Counted from the whole stretch's first letter, positions 1-10,583 are shown. The stretch: 63,363 bases of DNA, filler included, from 4 parts of 4 records of this genome joined end to end with filler, not necessarily neighbours in it; one strand, 5' to 3'. Translations and numbers: made by a program. The notes: generated by a model from the sequence alone, not told the origin.

Positions 1-35
1 AACCTAGAACCTAGAACCTAGGCCCTAGATCCTAG
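1..35. repeat. Heptamer tandem repeat (NNCCTAG x5) downstream of hslU, truncated by the window edge
   Basis: aacctag aacctag aacctag gccctag atcctag read directly. Confidence 0.85.
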
Positions 36-43
36 TTTGAAAA

Positions 44-1372
44 TTAAAGAATAAAGCAGCTTAGGTCTTCATCTTCAACTAATGCGCCTAAATGTTTTTC
101 AACATAAGCGGCGTCAATCACAAGATTTGAACCTGCTTGCTCTGAAGCATCAAATGAAATTTCTTCCATTAGTTTTTCCATCACAGTATGTAAGCGACGA
201 GCACCGATATTTTCGGTCTTTTCATTTACCTGCCAAGCGGCTTTTGCAATGCGCTCTATGGCGTCATCAGCAAACTCAACATTCACTTGCTCAGTTTTAA
301 GCAGTTCGCGTTGCTGCTCGGTAAGCGATGCATGGGGCTCGGTAAGAATGCGTTTGAAGTCATCAGCTGTGAGTGCTTCTAACTCAACACGAATTGGTAA
401 GCGACCTTGAAGCTCTGGGATCATGTCAGATGGTTTTGACATTTGGAATGCACCAGAGGCAATAAATAGCATGTGATCGGTTTTAACCATGCCATGTTTA
501 GTGTTAACAGTTGAACCTTCAATCAGCGGTAGTAAGTCGCGTTGTACGCCTTCACGGCTTACGTCTGGACCTGATGATTCACCACGCTTACAGATTTTGT
601 CTATCTCATCGATAAACACAATACCGTTTTGCTCAACCGCAAAGATAGCTTGTTCTTTAAGCTCTTCAGGGTTCACTAATTTAGCAGCTTCTTCTTCGGC
701 TAATAGTTTAAACGCTTCTTTGATTTTCAGCTTACGTTTCGCTTTTTTATCAGATGACATGTTTTGGAACATGCTTTGCAGCTGGTTGGTCATTTCTTCC
801 ATGCCCGGTGGCGACATGATCTCAACATTAGGTTGCGCTTGAGCAACATCAATATCAATTTCTTTGTCGTCTAGCTGACCTTCGCGAAGCTTTTTACGAA
901 ACGTTTGGCGTGTAGATGAGTTGTCATCACGCTGAGCTTCACCGTATGAGTCTTTCGCTGGTGGCAATAGGGCGTCTAAAATGCGCTCTTCTGCAGCTTC
1001 TTCAGCGCGGTGCTTAAACTTTTTAGTTTGCTGTTCACGCGTCATTTTAATCGACACATCGACTAAGTCACGAATGATGGTTTCAACTTCTTTACCGACA
1101 TAACCTACTTCGGTGAATTTAGTGGCTTCAACTTTGATAAATGGCGCGTTAGCAAGTTTTGCTAAACGGCGCGCAATTTCAGTTTTACCCACACCGGTAG
1201 GCCCAATCATTAAGATATTTTTAGGGGTAACTTCAGCACGTAAGTCGTCGTTTAATTGCATACGGCGCCAGCGATTACGAAGCGCAATAGAGACGGCTTT
1301 TTTGGCTTTAGCTTGACCAATGATATGTTGGTCAAGTTCATGAACGATTTCTCTTGGAGTCATAGCAGACAT
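44..1372 (-). CDS. hslU: ATP-dependent protease ATPase subunit HslU
   Basis: [11 protein letters not shown] start, Walker A GPTGVGKT, Walker B FIDEIDK, GYVG pore loop, GARRL, C-terminal DLSxFIL. Confidence 0.98.
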   Translation of the reverse strand: MSAMTPREIVHELDQHIIGQAKAKKAVSIALRNRWRRMQLNDDLRAEVTPKNILMIGPTGVGKTEIARRLAKLANAPFIKVEATKFTEVGYVGKEVETIIRDLVDVSIKMTREQQTKKFKHRAEEAAEERILDALLPPAKDSYGEAQRDDNSSTRQTFRKKLREGQLDDKEIDIDVAQAQPNVEIMSPPGMEEMTNQLQSMFQNMSSDKKAKRKLKIKEAFKLLAEEEAAKLVNPEELKEQAIFAVEQNGIVFIDEIDKICKRGESSGPDVSREGVQRDLLPLIEGSTVNTKHGMVKTDHMLFIASGAFQMSKPSDMIPELQGRLPIRVELEALTADDFKRILTEPHASLTEQQRELLKTEQVNVEFADDAIERIAKAAWQVNEKTENIGARRLHTVMEKLMEEISFDASEQAGSNLVIDAAYVEKHLGALVEDEDLSCFIL

Positions 1373-1383
1373 AGCGGTTCCTA

Positions 1384-1902
1384 TTACAATTCTTCGATAG
1401 TTTGGAAGTTATTAGTGAATACGCAAATGTCGCCTGCAATAGTGAGGCTTTTTTCTACGATATCACGGGCGCTTAGGTCGGTGTTTTCAAGTAATGCAGT
1501 TGCGGCTGATTGCGCAAAGTTACCACCGCTGCCAATAGCGATTAGGTCATTTTCAGGCTGTACGACATCGCCGTTACCTGTAATGATTAAAGAAGCTGTT
1601 TCGTCTGCAACTGCAAGCAAGGCTTCGAGTTTACGAAGGGCACGATCGCTACGCCAGTCTTTTGCCATTTCAACGGCAGCCTTGGTGAGGTTACCTTGGT
1701 GCATTTCTAGTTTGCTTTCAAAACGTTCGAATAGGGTAAAGGCATCAGCAGTACCGCCGGCAAAACCAGCGATTACTTTGCCATTATAAAGGCGTCGAAC
1801 TTTGCGGGCATTGCCCTTCATTACGGTGTTACCAAGTGAAACTTGGCCATCGCCACCAATGACGACTTTATCGTCGCGACGTACACTTACAATAGTGGTC
1901 AT
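1384..1902 (-). CDS. hslV: ATP-dependent protease peptidase subunit HslV
   Basis: MTTIVSVRR with catalytic N-terminal Thr; GSGG motif; GAGGA SD upstream of ATG 1902. Confidence 0.98.
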   Translation of the reverse strand: MTTIVSVRRDDKVVIGGDGQVSLGNTVMKGNARKVRRLYNGKVIAGFAGGTADAFTLFERFESKLEMHQGNLTKAAVEMAKDWRSDRALRKLEALLAVADETASLIITGNGDVVQPENDLIAIGSGGNFAQSAATALLENTDLSARDIVEKSLTIAGDICVFTNNFQTIEEL

Positions 1903-1961
1903 GTTATTCCTCATCATCGAGTCGCAGGGGCGACTCGTAAAAAACGATTGATGAGGAGTTA

Positions 1962-1987
1962 ATATGGGTTAATGGATTAAAATCAAG
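1962..1987 (-). promoter_or_regulatory. Sigma-32 heat-shock promoter of hslVU
   Basis: Minus strand CTTGAT-N13-CCCATAT, close to the RpoH consensus CTTGAA...CCCCATNT. Confidence 0.75.
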
Positions 1988-2513
1988 TCCAAAGCCAAAT
2001 TCCACAGCCCATTATTTTGCTGCGCTTAAGTTTGTTTTTGTCGCTTTCGGCTAAACGCTTTGTTTTATAAGGACCTAAGCGTACTTTATACCAAATGCCA
2101 TTGGTGCCTGTGGTTTCACGTACTTCGGCAATAAGTCCTGCAAAGGCTATTTTTGCTTTGAGTGTTTCGGCTTGAGCACGGGTTCTAAATGATCCGCACT
2201 GCATAACGTAGGGGCCTTTTTGTTCAAGCTCTTTTATTTCAACTTGTACTTCATGCTCTTTTATTTCTTTAATAAATTCAGGCGGTCGCGGTTTGGCAGG
2301 TTCAACCTTTTCAATCTTTTTAGTGGGGTTTGCTTGTTGTTCAACAAGTTTAGGATCGGCATTGGTTTTTACATACCAAAGTCCAAAACAAAACCCGCCT
2401 ACTAAAACCAGAGTCACAAGGACTAATAAAATCGGAAAAGGCTTTTTCGGTGGTGGTTGTTTTTTACTGTTGCGGTTACCCGGCTTTTTATTAATAAAAT
2501 CGTGTTGTGCCAT
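1983..2513 (-). CDS. ftsN: SPOR-domain cell division protein, short FtsN-like
   Basis: Basic N-terminus, one TM helix, C-terminal SPOR domain (QCGSF...WYKVRLGPY); priA-ftsN-hslVU synteny. Confidence 0.8.
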   Translation of the reverse strand: MAQHDFINKKPGNRNSKKQPPPKKPFPILLVLVTLVLVGGFCFGLWYVKTNADPKLVEQQANPTKKIEKVEPAKPRPPEFIKEIKEHEVQVEIKELEQKGPYVMQCGSFRTRAQAETLKAKIAFAGLIAEVRETTGTNGIWYKVRLGPYKTKRLAESDKNKLKRSKIMGCGIWLWT

Positions 2514-2533
2514 GTGTGTTTAAAGCTCTAACC

Positions 2534-4720
2534 TTAAATCATATCGATTGGGTCGACATCTAAACTCCAGCGCACTTTCTGTGCTAATTTACTGGTGCTT
2601 AAATAATCTATCATTTGCGCGAGATATTGATGTAATTGTTGACGATCAAGCGCTTGAATATGTAATTGAAAACGGTATTTTCCTGCTATCTTTTCAAGTG
2701 GTGCAGGAATTGGACCCAGCAATTGTATACCACTTACACCTTGCACTGGAACTAAATCAGTTAAAAAATCCACCACCTGTTTTACGTTATGCCCTTGCGC
2801 CCGTACAATCGCCATATTAGTGATTGGGGGAAGCTCTGCATCTTCACGCTCTTGCAAAGCAAAGTGGGCAAAGTCTTGGTAACCGTTGTTGACCAAGTCT
2901 TGCAATAGTGGGTGCTCAGGAAAGTGCGTTTGTAATAAAACATGGCCGGGCTCTCCGCTTCGTCCAGCGCGCCCCGCTACTTGTGTAACCAGTTGAGCTA
3001 AATGCTCAGTAGCACGAAAATCACAGGAATAAAGGCCGCTGTCTACATCCAAAATAAGCACTAGGCTAACATCGGGAAAGTGATGCCCTTTAGCCAGCAT
3101 TTGAGTGCCTACTAAAATACGGGCGCCACCTTGGTTTATGTCATCTAAAGCTTTTTCCAAGCTGCCTTTACGACGCGTCGAATCTCGGTCAATACGGCTA
3201 ATGGGGGTATCGGCAAATTCGCTCGTTAAAAATTCTTCTATTTGCTCAGTGCCTTTACCATTTGGAAATATTTGTGTGCTGCCGCAGTCAGGGCATTGAT
3301 GTGGTACACGCTCTTGCTCACCACAGTGATGGCAAATCATTTGCCCTATGGCTTTATGAAACGTCGCGCTGGTACTGCAACGCGAGCATTCACTAAGCCA
3401 GCCACATTCATGGCAAATTAGCGTAGGTGAAAAACCACGGCGGTTTAAAAACACCATTACTTGCTTACCACGATTTAAATGCTGGCGCATTGTAGCAAGG
3501 CTTGCATGGGCAATACCGGCTTGATCAGGCTGGCCTTTCATATCTAACAGCTGAAATTTATTATCTGTACTGGTTTGCGCGCGCTGCGTTAGGCTTAACA
3601 GTTGGTACTTACCATTAATCGCTTTGTGTAGGGTTTCTAGTGCGGGTGTAGCCGAGCCTAATACCAAAGGGATTTTATGCTGAAAAGCACGATATGCTGC
3701 TAGGTCTCTGGCATGATAGCGCAAGGTATCTTGTTGTTTGAATGAACTATCATGCTCTTCATCAACAATGATCATACCGAGTTTCAAAAAAGGTAAAAAT
3801 ATACTTGAACGAGTTCCTATAACAATAGCGCAGCTGGCTTTTTCGCAAAAGCGCCACGTTTGTAAGCGTTCGTTATCAGTTAGGGCTGAATGCCAAAGCA
3901 TGATTGGGGTATCAACAAAGCGGCGACGAAAGCGGTTTACGGTTTGTGGTGTTAAGCCAATTTCAGGTACTAATACCAGTGCTTGCTCGCCCCGTTTTAG
4001 TACTTCTTCTAGGCATTGTAAGTACACCTCGGTTTTACCACTGCCGGTGACACCTTCAAGTAAAAAGCTATTAAAACCTGTGCTTTGGTTTATTGAAGTG
4101 CAGGCAACGGCTTGCTCTTTGTTTAATACAGGTTTGGTACCGATTTTTGGTGCTTGTTGCTGCCATTGGTTATCGTGTTCAATACTTTGGTTAATCAGCT
4201 CTTTGCTGAGCAGACTATCAATGGTTTTTTTATTAAACCCCAAGGCTTTTAATTCGGTGAGTGAGGACTTTCCTGATTCGGCTAATTGTTTTAAAAGTCC
4301 TAGTTGGCTTTTTGCCTTTAAAGAGGGAAGTTTGGCACCTTTTTCAGTCAAGGCGACCATGTTGATACTACTCTTATCAGGACATTCGCCTTGGCGTAAT
4401 GCGCCAGGTAGCGCGATGTGTATTGTTTCGCCTAATGGGTAGCAATAATAGCGAGCAGTAAAGCGCAATAAATCAAGATGTTGAGCAGACAAAATAGGCT
4501 CATCATCAATCACCTCTAAGAGTGCTTTAATTTTATCGGCTGGTACGTCTGTATTATTTTTAAGTGCTAGGACGACAGCGACTTTTTTTTGATTACCAAA
4601 TGGCACAATAACCCGCGAACCGACCTTCGGTGTGCCCGATAAACCATTAAGTTGTTCCGGTAGGCTGTAATCAAAAGTTCGCTGTAGCGGGACTTTTATA
4701 GCAACTTCAACAAAACTCAT
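2534..4720 (-). CDS. priA: Primosomal protein N' (replication restart helicase)
   Basis: GVTGSGKT, DEEH, four CxxC motifs, QVAGRAGR, C-terminal DVDP. Confidence 0.98.
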   Translation of the reverse strand: MSFVEVAIKVPLQRTFDYSLPEQLNGLSGTPKVGSRVIVPFGNQKKVAVVLALKNNTDVPADKIKALLEVIDDEPILSAQHLDLLRFTARYYCYPLGETIHIALPGALRQGECPDKSSINMVALTEKGAKLPSLKAKSQLGLLKQLAESGKSSLTELKALGFNKKTIDSLLSKELINQSIEHDNQWQQQAPKIGTKPVLNKEQAVACTSINQSTGFNSFLLEGVTGSGKTEVYLQCLEEVLKRGEQALVLVPEIGLTPQTVNRFRRRFVDTPIMLWHSALTDNERLQTWRFCEKASCAIVIGTRSSIFLPFLKLGMIIVDEEHDSSFKQQDTLRYHARDLAAYRAFQHKIPLVLGSATPALETLHKAINGKYQLLSLTQRAQTSTDNKFQLLDMKGQPDQAGIAHASLATMRQHLNRGKQVMVFLNRRGFSPTLICHECGWLSECSRCSTSATFHKAIGQMICHHCGEQERVPHQCPDCGSTQIFPNGKGTEQIEEFLTSEFADTPISRIDRDSTRRKGSLEKALDDINQGGARILVGTQMLAKGHHFPDVSLVLILDVDSGLYSCDFRATEHLAQLVTQVAGRAGRSGEPGHVLLQTHFPEHPLLQDLVNNGYQDFAHFALQEREDAELPPITNMAIVRAQGHNVKQVVDFLTDLVPVQGVSGIQLLGPIPAPLEKIAGKYRFQLHIQALDRQQLHQYLAQMIDYLSTSKLAQKVRWSLDVDPIDMI

Positions 4721-4839
4721 AGCAACTCAACAACAATCAACAAGATTGCTAATGTACTAAAGTTACGATAAAAAACCTATCAGCAAATAAGCCGATTAAA
4801 GTTTTTGCTCATTTTATTAGCAAAAAACGTATTTAAAGC

Positions 4840-4868
4840 TTGTAGCGAGCGGGGTTGTTGCTTAGAAT
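4840..4868 (+). promoter_or_regulatory. Sigma-70 promoter of rpmE
   Basis: TTGTAG-N17-TAGAAT. Confidence 0.6.
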
Positions 4869-4893
4869 ACGCGTCCAATTATTTTGATTTAAA

Positions 4894-4940
4894 CGACGTA
4901 TGGTGCCAGACTTCGGGTTTGGAGAGCGATGCGGCCTTAA
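4894..4940 (+). promoter_or_regulatory. Structured rpmE 5' leader (probable L31 autoregulatory element)
   Basis: CGTATGGTG-CCAGAC-TTCGG-GTTTGG-AGAGCGATGCGGCC hairpin, resembling the conserved gammaproteobacterial rpmE leader. Confidence 0.6.
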
Positions 4941-4952
4941 CTAGAGGTTTCT

Positions 4953-5165
4953 ATGAAAGAAGGTATTCACCCTAAGTACGAAGTAATTTCAGCAACGTGT
5001 TCATGCGGAAATAAATTCGAAACAAGTTCTACTTTGTGTAAAGACATCCACTTAGACGTATGTTCTGCGTGTCACCCGTTTTACACTGGTAAGCAAAAGA
5101 TTCTAGACACAGGTGGCCGTGTTGATCGCTTTAACAAGCGTTTCGGTTCACTTAGCAGCAAGTAA
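4953..5165 (+). CDS. rpmE: 50S ribosomal protein L31, Zn-binding C+ form
   Basis: [12 protein letters not shown] and CSAC Zn ligands, [16 protein letters not shown]. Confidence 0.98.
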   Translation: MKEGIHPKYEVISATCSCGNKFETSSTLCKDIHLDVCSACHPFYTGKQKILDTGGRVDRFNKRFGSLSSK

Positions 5166-5184
5166 TTTCTGCTTTTGTGTCGAG

Positions 5185-5209
5185 AAAAGCACCCTAGGGT
5201 GCTTTTTTT
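5185..5209 (+). terminator. Intrinsic terminator after rpmE
   Basis: AAAAGCACCCTAGGGTGC followed by a T-tract. Confidence 0.85.
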
Positions 5210-5771
5210 GTGCCTGTAAAACAGAGCATTGTATTACGTAAGCTTTATTAAGAATCGCAGCTTAAATTCAGCAAATATTCCATTCTGTACGGCTTTGTTG
5301 CCACCCTCAACTGCACCTCGTATTTATTTTAGTTCTTTAAGTATTTCTATTTTTTATAATGATTATAGTTTTAGACCAACAGACAAACTGTTTTTTATTC
5401 ACTATATTGATTAAATAATACAACGTTTAATAATACCTTTTGTAACTAAAAGAAGCTAAATCATGGTGATTTGTTGTTATCGTCGGGAAATGTTCGTGAT
5501 AAGCGTCTTCTCATAACCTAGTTAGTGAATGTTGGATATTTATTCAATTTAAGTTGGGTTTTTTGATGCTTTAATGATGTTTTAAAGATGAGTTTTTAGA
5601 ATTATTTACTAAAAATGCTGACAAAACGCATAAAATCAACTGATATAGCTTATAACAGGATAGACCTGATATTGCTTGAATTTAATTATAATATCGGTAT
5701 TGTTCTCAATTAAAGATATAGAACTGCTCTCTCACACTTAATTTAACTTACTTGCAGGATAAAATCGCGTT

Positions 5772-7013
5772 ATGTCAGACTTTCGTGAACAAGCACTACA
5801 TTACCATGCCCATCCCGTTCCAGGAAAAATCAGCATTGAACTTACTAAGCCGGCTGAAACCGCTAAAGATCTTGCTTTAGCATACAGCCCTGGTGTTGCT
5901 GAACCTGTTCGTGAAATTGCAGCGGATCCCGCTAATGCTTATAAGTATACAGGTAAAGGCAACATGGTTGCGGTTATCACAAATGGCACAGCCATTTTAG
6001 GACTTGGCAACCTGGGCCCTTTGGCTTCAAAACCGGTTATGGAAGGAAAAGCGTTGTTGTTTAAACGCTTTGCTGGCTTGGATTCAATTGATATTGAAGT
6101 TAAGCATCGCACGACTGAAGACTTTATTAACACCGTAGCGAATATTGCTGATACGTTTGGTGGCATCAATCTCGAAGATATTAAAGCACCTGAGTGTTTT
6201 GAGATTGAAAAAGCGTTGATTGAACGTTGCAGCATCCCTGTATTTCATGACGACCAGCACGGTACTGCGATTGTAACTGCTGCAGGGATGATCAATGCTT
6301 TAGAAGTTCAAGGAAAAAACATTGAAGATGCGATTATTGTTTGTTTAGGTGCAGGCGCGGCTGCCGTTGCATGTATGGAGTTGCTAATTAAATGTGGTGC
6401 GCTTCGTGAGCACATTTATATGCTTGATCGCAAGGGCGTAATTCACACGCGTCGTGATGATCTTAATGAATATAAACAATTGTTTGCGAACAATACTGAT
6501 AAGCGTACTTTGCAAGACGTTATTGCTGACGCTGACGTATTTGTGGGTGTGTCAGGGCCGAACTTGTTAGCGCCTGAAGACTTAAAGTTAATGGCTGACA
6601 AGCCCGTTATTTTTGCTTGCTCTAACCCAGATCCTGAAATTAATCCTGCATTAGCTCACGGTGCACGAAGCGATCTTATTATGGCGACAGGTCGTTCTGA
6701 TTACCCTAACCAAGTTAATAATGTTTTATGTTTCCCATTTATTTTCCGCGGTGCGCTTGATGTTCGTGCAAGCCAAATCAATGATGAAATGAAAATTGCT
6801 GCGGTAGATGCTATTCGCAGCATTGCAAAAGAGCCAGTTCCTGCAGAGGTGTTAACTGCTGCCGGTGTTGATAAGTTAGAATTTGGCCCTGAGTATATTA
6901 TTCCAAAACCAATGGATCCGCGTTTATTACCGCGTATTGCTAAAGCGGTAGCGCAAGCGGCGATTGATTCAGGTGTGGCGCAAATCGATATGCCTGAAAA
7001 CTACATGGCTTAG
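5772..7013 (+). CDS. NAD(P)-dependent malic enzyme (short form without PTA domain)
   Basis: LALAYSPGVA, KPVMEGK, NLEDI, HDDQHGT, GAGAA, NQVNN motifs; 413 aa. Confidence 0.93.
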   Translation: MSDFREQALHYHAHPVPGKISIELTKPAETAKDLALAYSPGVAEPVREIAADPANAYKYTGKGNMVAVITNGTAILGLGNLGPLASKPVMEGKALLFKRFAGLDSIDIEVKHRTTEDFINTVANIADTFGGINLEDIKAPECFEIEKALIERCSIPVFHDDQHGTAIVTAAGMINALEVQGKNIEDAIIVCLGAGAAAVACMELLIKCGALREHIYMLDRKGVIHTRRDDLNEYKQLFANNTDKRTLQDVIADADVFVGVSGPNLLAPEDLKLMADKPVIFACSNPDPEINPALAHGARSDLIMATGRSDYPNQVNNVLCFPFIFRGALDVRASQINDEMKIAAVDAIRSIAKEPVPAEVLTAAGVDKLEFGPEYIIPKPMDPRLLPRIAKAVAQAAIDSGVAQIDMPENYMA

Positions 7014-7032
7014 GTTAAAACGATCTGACAAT

Positions 7033-7069
7033 AAAAAACCTCAGTAACGCAAGTTGCTGAGGTTTTTTT
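7033..7069. terminator. Bidirectional intrinsic terminator between malic enzyme and metJ
   Basis: AAAAAACCTCAGTAAC-GCAA-GTTGCTGAGGTTTTTTT. Confidence 0.85.
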
Positions 7070-7099
7070 GTATCCAATTCCTGAAGGCAGGAATGTAGC

Positions 7100-7420
7100 T
7101 TAATCTTCGTTAAGAACAGGTACTTCAAGCCCCATCTCAAGCATGATTTTCTTCACTTCTTCAGGTACTTTTTCAGGGTTGTCTTTACGCAAGTCATCGT
7201 CATTAGGTAACGGCTGACCAGTGAACGCATGTAAAAATGCTTCACAAAGTAATTCACTGTTAGTTGCGTGTCTTAAATTATTAATTTGACGACGCGTGCG
7301 CTCATCGGTTAAAACTTTAAGCACATTGAGTGGAATAGATACGGTGATCTTTTTCACTTGTTCTGATTTTTTACCGTGTTCTGCATATGGGTGAATATAT
7401 TCACCATTCCATTTAGCCAT
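7100..7420 (-). CDS. metJ: Methionine repressor MetJ
   Basis: [27 protein letters not shown]...[23 protein letters not shown]. Confidence 0.98.
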   Translation of the reverse strand: MAKWNGEYIHPYAEHGKKSEQVKKITVSIPLNVLKVLTDERTRRQINNLRHATNSELLCEAFLHAFTGQPLPNDDDLRKDNPEKVPEEVKKIMLEMGLEVPVLNED

Positions 7421-7589
7421 AAGAAGTATCGTTGCCTCAGGTTATTAATTGTTTGCATCGCCGAGTTGCTTTGCAAAGATGCGGGAAATTCTATCGTTTT
7501 AAAAAAGATAGTCAAACACTTGTTATTTAGCCATCTAGCTCGCTAAATTTCTTTACTTCTATAAATGTAAGGTCTGTACCATAAATTCT

Positions 7590-7637
7590 TTGACTTATGG
7601 GAGTTGATCATCTAACCTTTTAGACGTCTAAACATCC
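7590..7637 (+). promoter_or_regulatory. metB promoter with tandem Met boxes
   Basis: TTGACT-N17-TAACCT, then a perfect AGACGTCT (7622-7629) and AAACATCC; a weaker pair at 7529-7544. Confidence 0.85.
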
Positions 7638-7657
7638 ATTTAATTGTAGGTGACGTT

Positions 7658-8917
7658 ATGAGTCAAAAAAATAAAGCAACTATCGCGGTACGAAAAGGCA
7701 TCGACGCTGATAAACATCATGGTGCAGTTGTGCCTCCTCTACATCTATCAACGACCTATTCATTTGCTGATTTTGATACAAAACGTCAATACGATTATGG
7801 CCGCAGCGGCAACCCAAACCGCGATATTTTAGCGGAAACGCTGGCTGAGCTTGAAGGTGGTGCTAAGGGAATTATTACAGCTACGGGTATGTCGGCAGTA
7901 CATTTAGCGACTCAGTTACTTAATAGTGATGATACGTTAGTTATTCCTCATGACTGTTATGGCGGCAGCTACCGTTTATTTACTTCGCTTGAGAAGCGTG
8001 GCTTATTAAAATTGGTGGTATTAGATTTAACCAAAGCTGAGAACCATCAGAAGATCCTTGAAATTAAACCTAAATTAATTTGGATAGAAACACCCAGCAA
8101 TCCAATTTTACGCCTAACCGATATTAAAGCGATTACGGCGGTTGCTAAACAGTGCGGTGCACTTGTTGGTGCCGATAACACCTTTTTATCACCGGCTTTG
8201 CAAAACCCGATTGAGTTTGGTGTCGATATTGTGGTGCATTCGACGACTAAATACATAAATGGTCATTCAGATGTTGTGGGCGGTGCTGTCATTGCAGCTA
8301 ATCAAGAGTTAGGTGATGAATTGGCATGGTGGGCGAATAATATTGGTATCACCGGCGCGCCGTTTGATAGCTATTTAACCTTACGTGGTTTACGCACGTT
8401 AAATGTACGTTTGCGTCAGCACCAAGAAAATGCATTTGTTATAGCGCAGTATTTAGAAGACTCACCCTATGTAAGCCAAGTTTATTATCCTGGCCTTGAA
8501 TCGCACCCGCAACATGAATTAGCAAAACAGCAACAACGCGGTTTTGGCGGTATGGTAAGTTTTGATATTAAGGGTGATGTAAATGACGCTGCAGCATTTT
8601 TAACAAGCCTAGAAGAATTTAGCTTAGCAGAGTCATTAGGTGGCGTTGAAAGTTTAATTTGCCACCCAGCGACGATGACTCATGCAGGTATGGATGCTAC
8701 AGCCCGTCTTGAAGCTGGAGTCGGCGATACCTTGATTCGTATTTCGGTGGGGATTGAATATGTTAAAGATTTAGTGGCTGATTTAGAGCGTGTGTTTAAT
8801 AAAGTAAAGCCGGGTCAGGGTGAGCAAGTTGTAGCTCAACAAGCTGCGCAAAAACAACAGCAAGATGAACAATCAAGCTCATTTAAATTAACGCCTGCAC
8901 ATACGGCATTGTGGTAA
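7658..8917 (+). CDS. metB: Cystathionine gamma-synthase
   Basis: YGRSGNP, ETPSNP, DNTF, HSTTKYINGHSD PLP lysine, AESLGGVESL; divergent from metJ. Confidence 0.95.
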   Translation: MSQKNKATIAVRKGIDADKHHGAVVPPLHLSTTYSFADFDTKRQYDYGRSGNPNRDILAETLAELEGGAKGIITATGMSAVHLATQLLNSDDTLVIPHDCYGGSYRLFTSLEKRGLLKLVVLDLTKAENHQKILEIKPKLIWIETPSNPILRLTDIKAITAVAKQCGALVGADNTFLSPALQNPIEFGVDIVVHSTTKYINGHSDVVGGAVIAANQELGDELAWWANNIGITGAPFDSYLTLRGLRTLNVRLRQHQENAFVIAQYLEDSPYVSQVYYPGLESHPQHELAKQQQRGFGGMVSFDIKGDVNDAAAFLTSLEEFSLAESLGGVESLICHPATMTHAGMDATARLEAGVGDTLIRISVGIEYVKDLVADLERVFNKVKPGQGEQVVAQQAAQKQQQDEQSSSFKLTPAHTALW

Positions 8918-8922
8918 AAATA

Positions 8923-10483
8923 ATGGTTAATATCGTACATAAATTTGGTGGCTCGAGCTTAAGTTCGCCCGAGCGTTATCAAGCAGTCGCTAATATTATT
9001 TTAGCTAATAGTGAAGTGGGTGATTGCGTTGTTGTTTCTGCTGCAGGCAAAACGACTAATACTTTGGTTAAATTGTGGCAAAGTTACCAGCAGGGTGATC
9101 TTCAAGCTGTTAGCGATATTTTATTATTGTTAGATAATCACCAGCGAACCTTAATTGAGCAGCTACTAACGGCGCAACTAAAACAGCAGGCACTTAATTC
9201 ATTACAGCAAGAGTTGGCAATATTAGCTGAACAAGCAAAGCAGCAAACTTTAGCGGAGTCAGCTTTACTTGCTCATGGCGAAGTGTGGTCGGCGAGATTA
9301 CTTGCAAGTTACTTACACCAATTAGGCTTAGCCGCAAAGGATATTGATGCGCGTCAGCTATTTATTTTAAACGATGGGCAGTTACTGCATCAAAAGAACC
9401 AACAAGCCTGTATCGATTTGATAAGCAAGCAGCATGTTAATGTGGTAACTGGCTTTATTGCCAGTGACTGCCAAGGTGAAACCATTACTTTAGGGCGTAA
9501 TGGCAGTGATTACAGTGCCACACTATTAGGTAGCTATTGTCATGCGCAGCAAGTGTCTATTTGGACCGATACGCAAGGCGTATTTAGCACGGATCCCCGT
9601 AAGGTAAATAAAGCACTTAAGTATTCGAAAGTGTGCCGTGGCCAAGCAAATTTATTAGCACGTTTAGGCAATCCGGTTTTACATGCCAAAACATTATCAC
9701 CGTTAAAAAATACAGATATAAAGCTGGTTGTACGCAGCAGTTTTGATACTGAAGCCAGTGCCACAGAGATAGTGAAAGAAGGCTATAGTAAAGCTAAGCG
9801 TTTTATTACCACACTAGAAAACATTGATTTGCTGCGAGTAGATCAACTTAATGCTGGTGAGGTTGGGCAGCTTAGTCAGTTGATTCAACATAGTCTGCAT
9901 CACTTTGTTAAGCAAGGAGATACTTATTTATTAGTGCCAGGTGATGCGACTCACCAAGTTGTAAGTCAACTACAGGGTCGTGCTAATATTATTGAGTCAA
10001 ACTTACATGGTTGCGCCATTGTCGCGCCAAGTAACGATATAGCTCATTTATCTCTACAGGCTTCCTCTTTGCTTAGTGAGCAAAGTCTAGCGCCACGCTT
10101 TAGTCACCAAGATACTGATTATGCTTTGTTATTGACCGATCAAGCAATTGATAGTGATGTATTAACGTTGTTACACGACAAGTTAATCAATAAAGGCCAA
10201 GAGCTTGCGGTGATCATTGCTGGCTTAGGTAATGTTGGCGAAGTGTTTATTTCACAGTTATCACAACAGTTAAATCGCTTAGAGCAACATTTTAGCGTGA
10301 AGCTGGTGGGCTTATTACGCTCTCGGCAAATGTTATTTAGCCCAAGTGGCATTAGCTTGGAGCAGTGGCAAACACAATGGGATAACGAAGCAATTGATTA
10401 TCAGCAAGGCGATTTATTAACCCATATCGGTGAACTTGATTACGAACATAAAGTGGTGATTGATATTACCGCCAGTGAGTCGT
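8923..10483 (+). CDS. metL: Bifunctional aspartokinase/homoserine dehydrogenase II, 3' truncated by contig end
   Basis: HKFGGSS, LGRNGSDYSA, then HSDH GLGNVG; follows metB. Confidence 0.88.
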
Positions 10484-10583
10484 NNNNNNNNNNNNNNNNN
10501 NNNNNNNNNNNNNNNNNNNNNNNNNNNTTAATTAATTAANNNNNNNNNNNNNNNNNNNNNNNNNNNNNNNNNNNNNNNNNNNN
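10484..10583. other. Artificial contig linker
   Basis: N44-TTAATTAATTAA-N44, stops in all six frames. Confidence 0.99.

Noticed and set aside
82-4442. Plus-strand ORFs such as 1256-1789 and 3738-4442
   Set aside because: Antisense shadows of hslU, hslV and priA with no recognisable motifs
5229-5414. 61-aa ORF after rpmE
   Set aside because: TTG start just past a terminator, no clear SD and no motif
10528-10539. TTAATTAATTAA palindrome repeated three times
   Set aside because: Artificial six-frame stop linker between N runs
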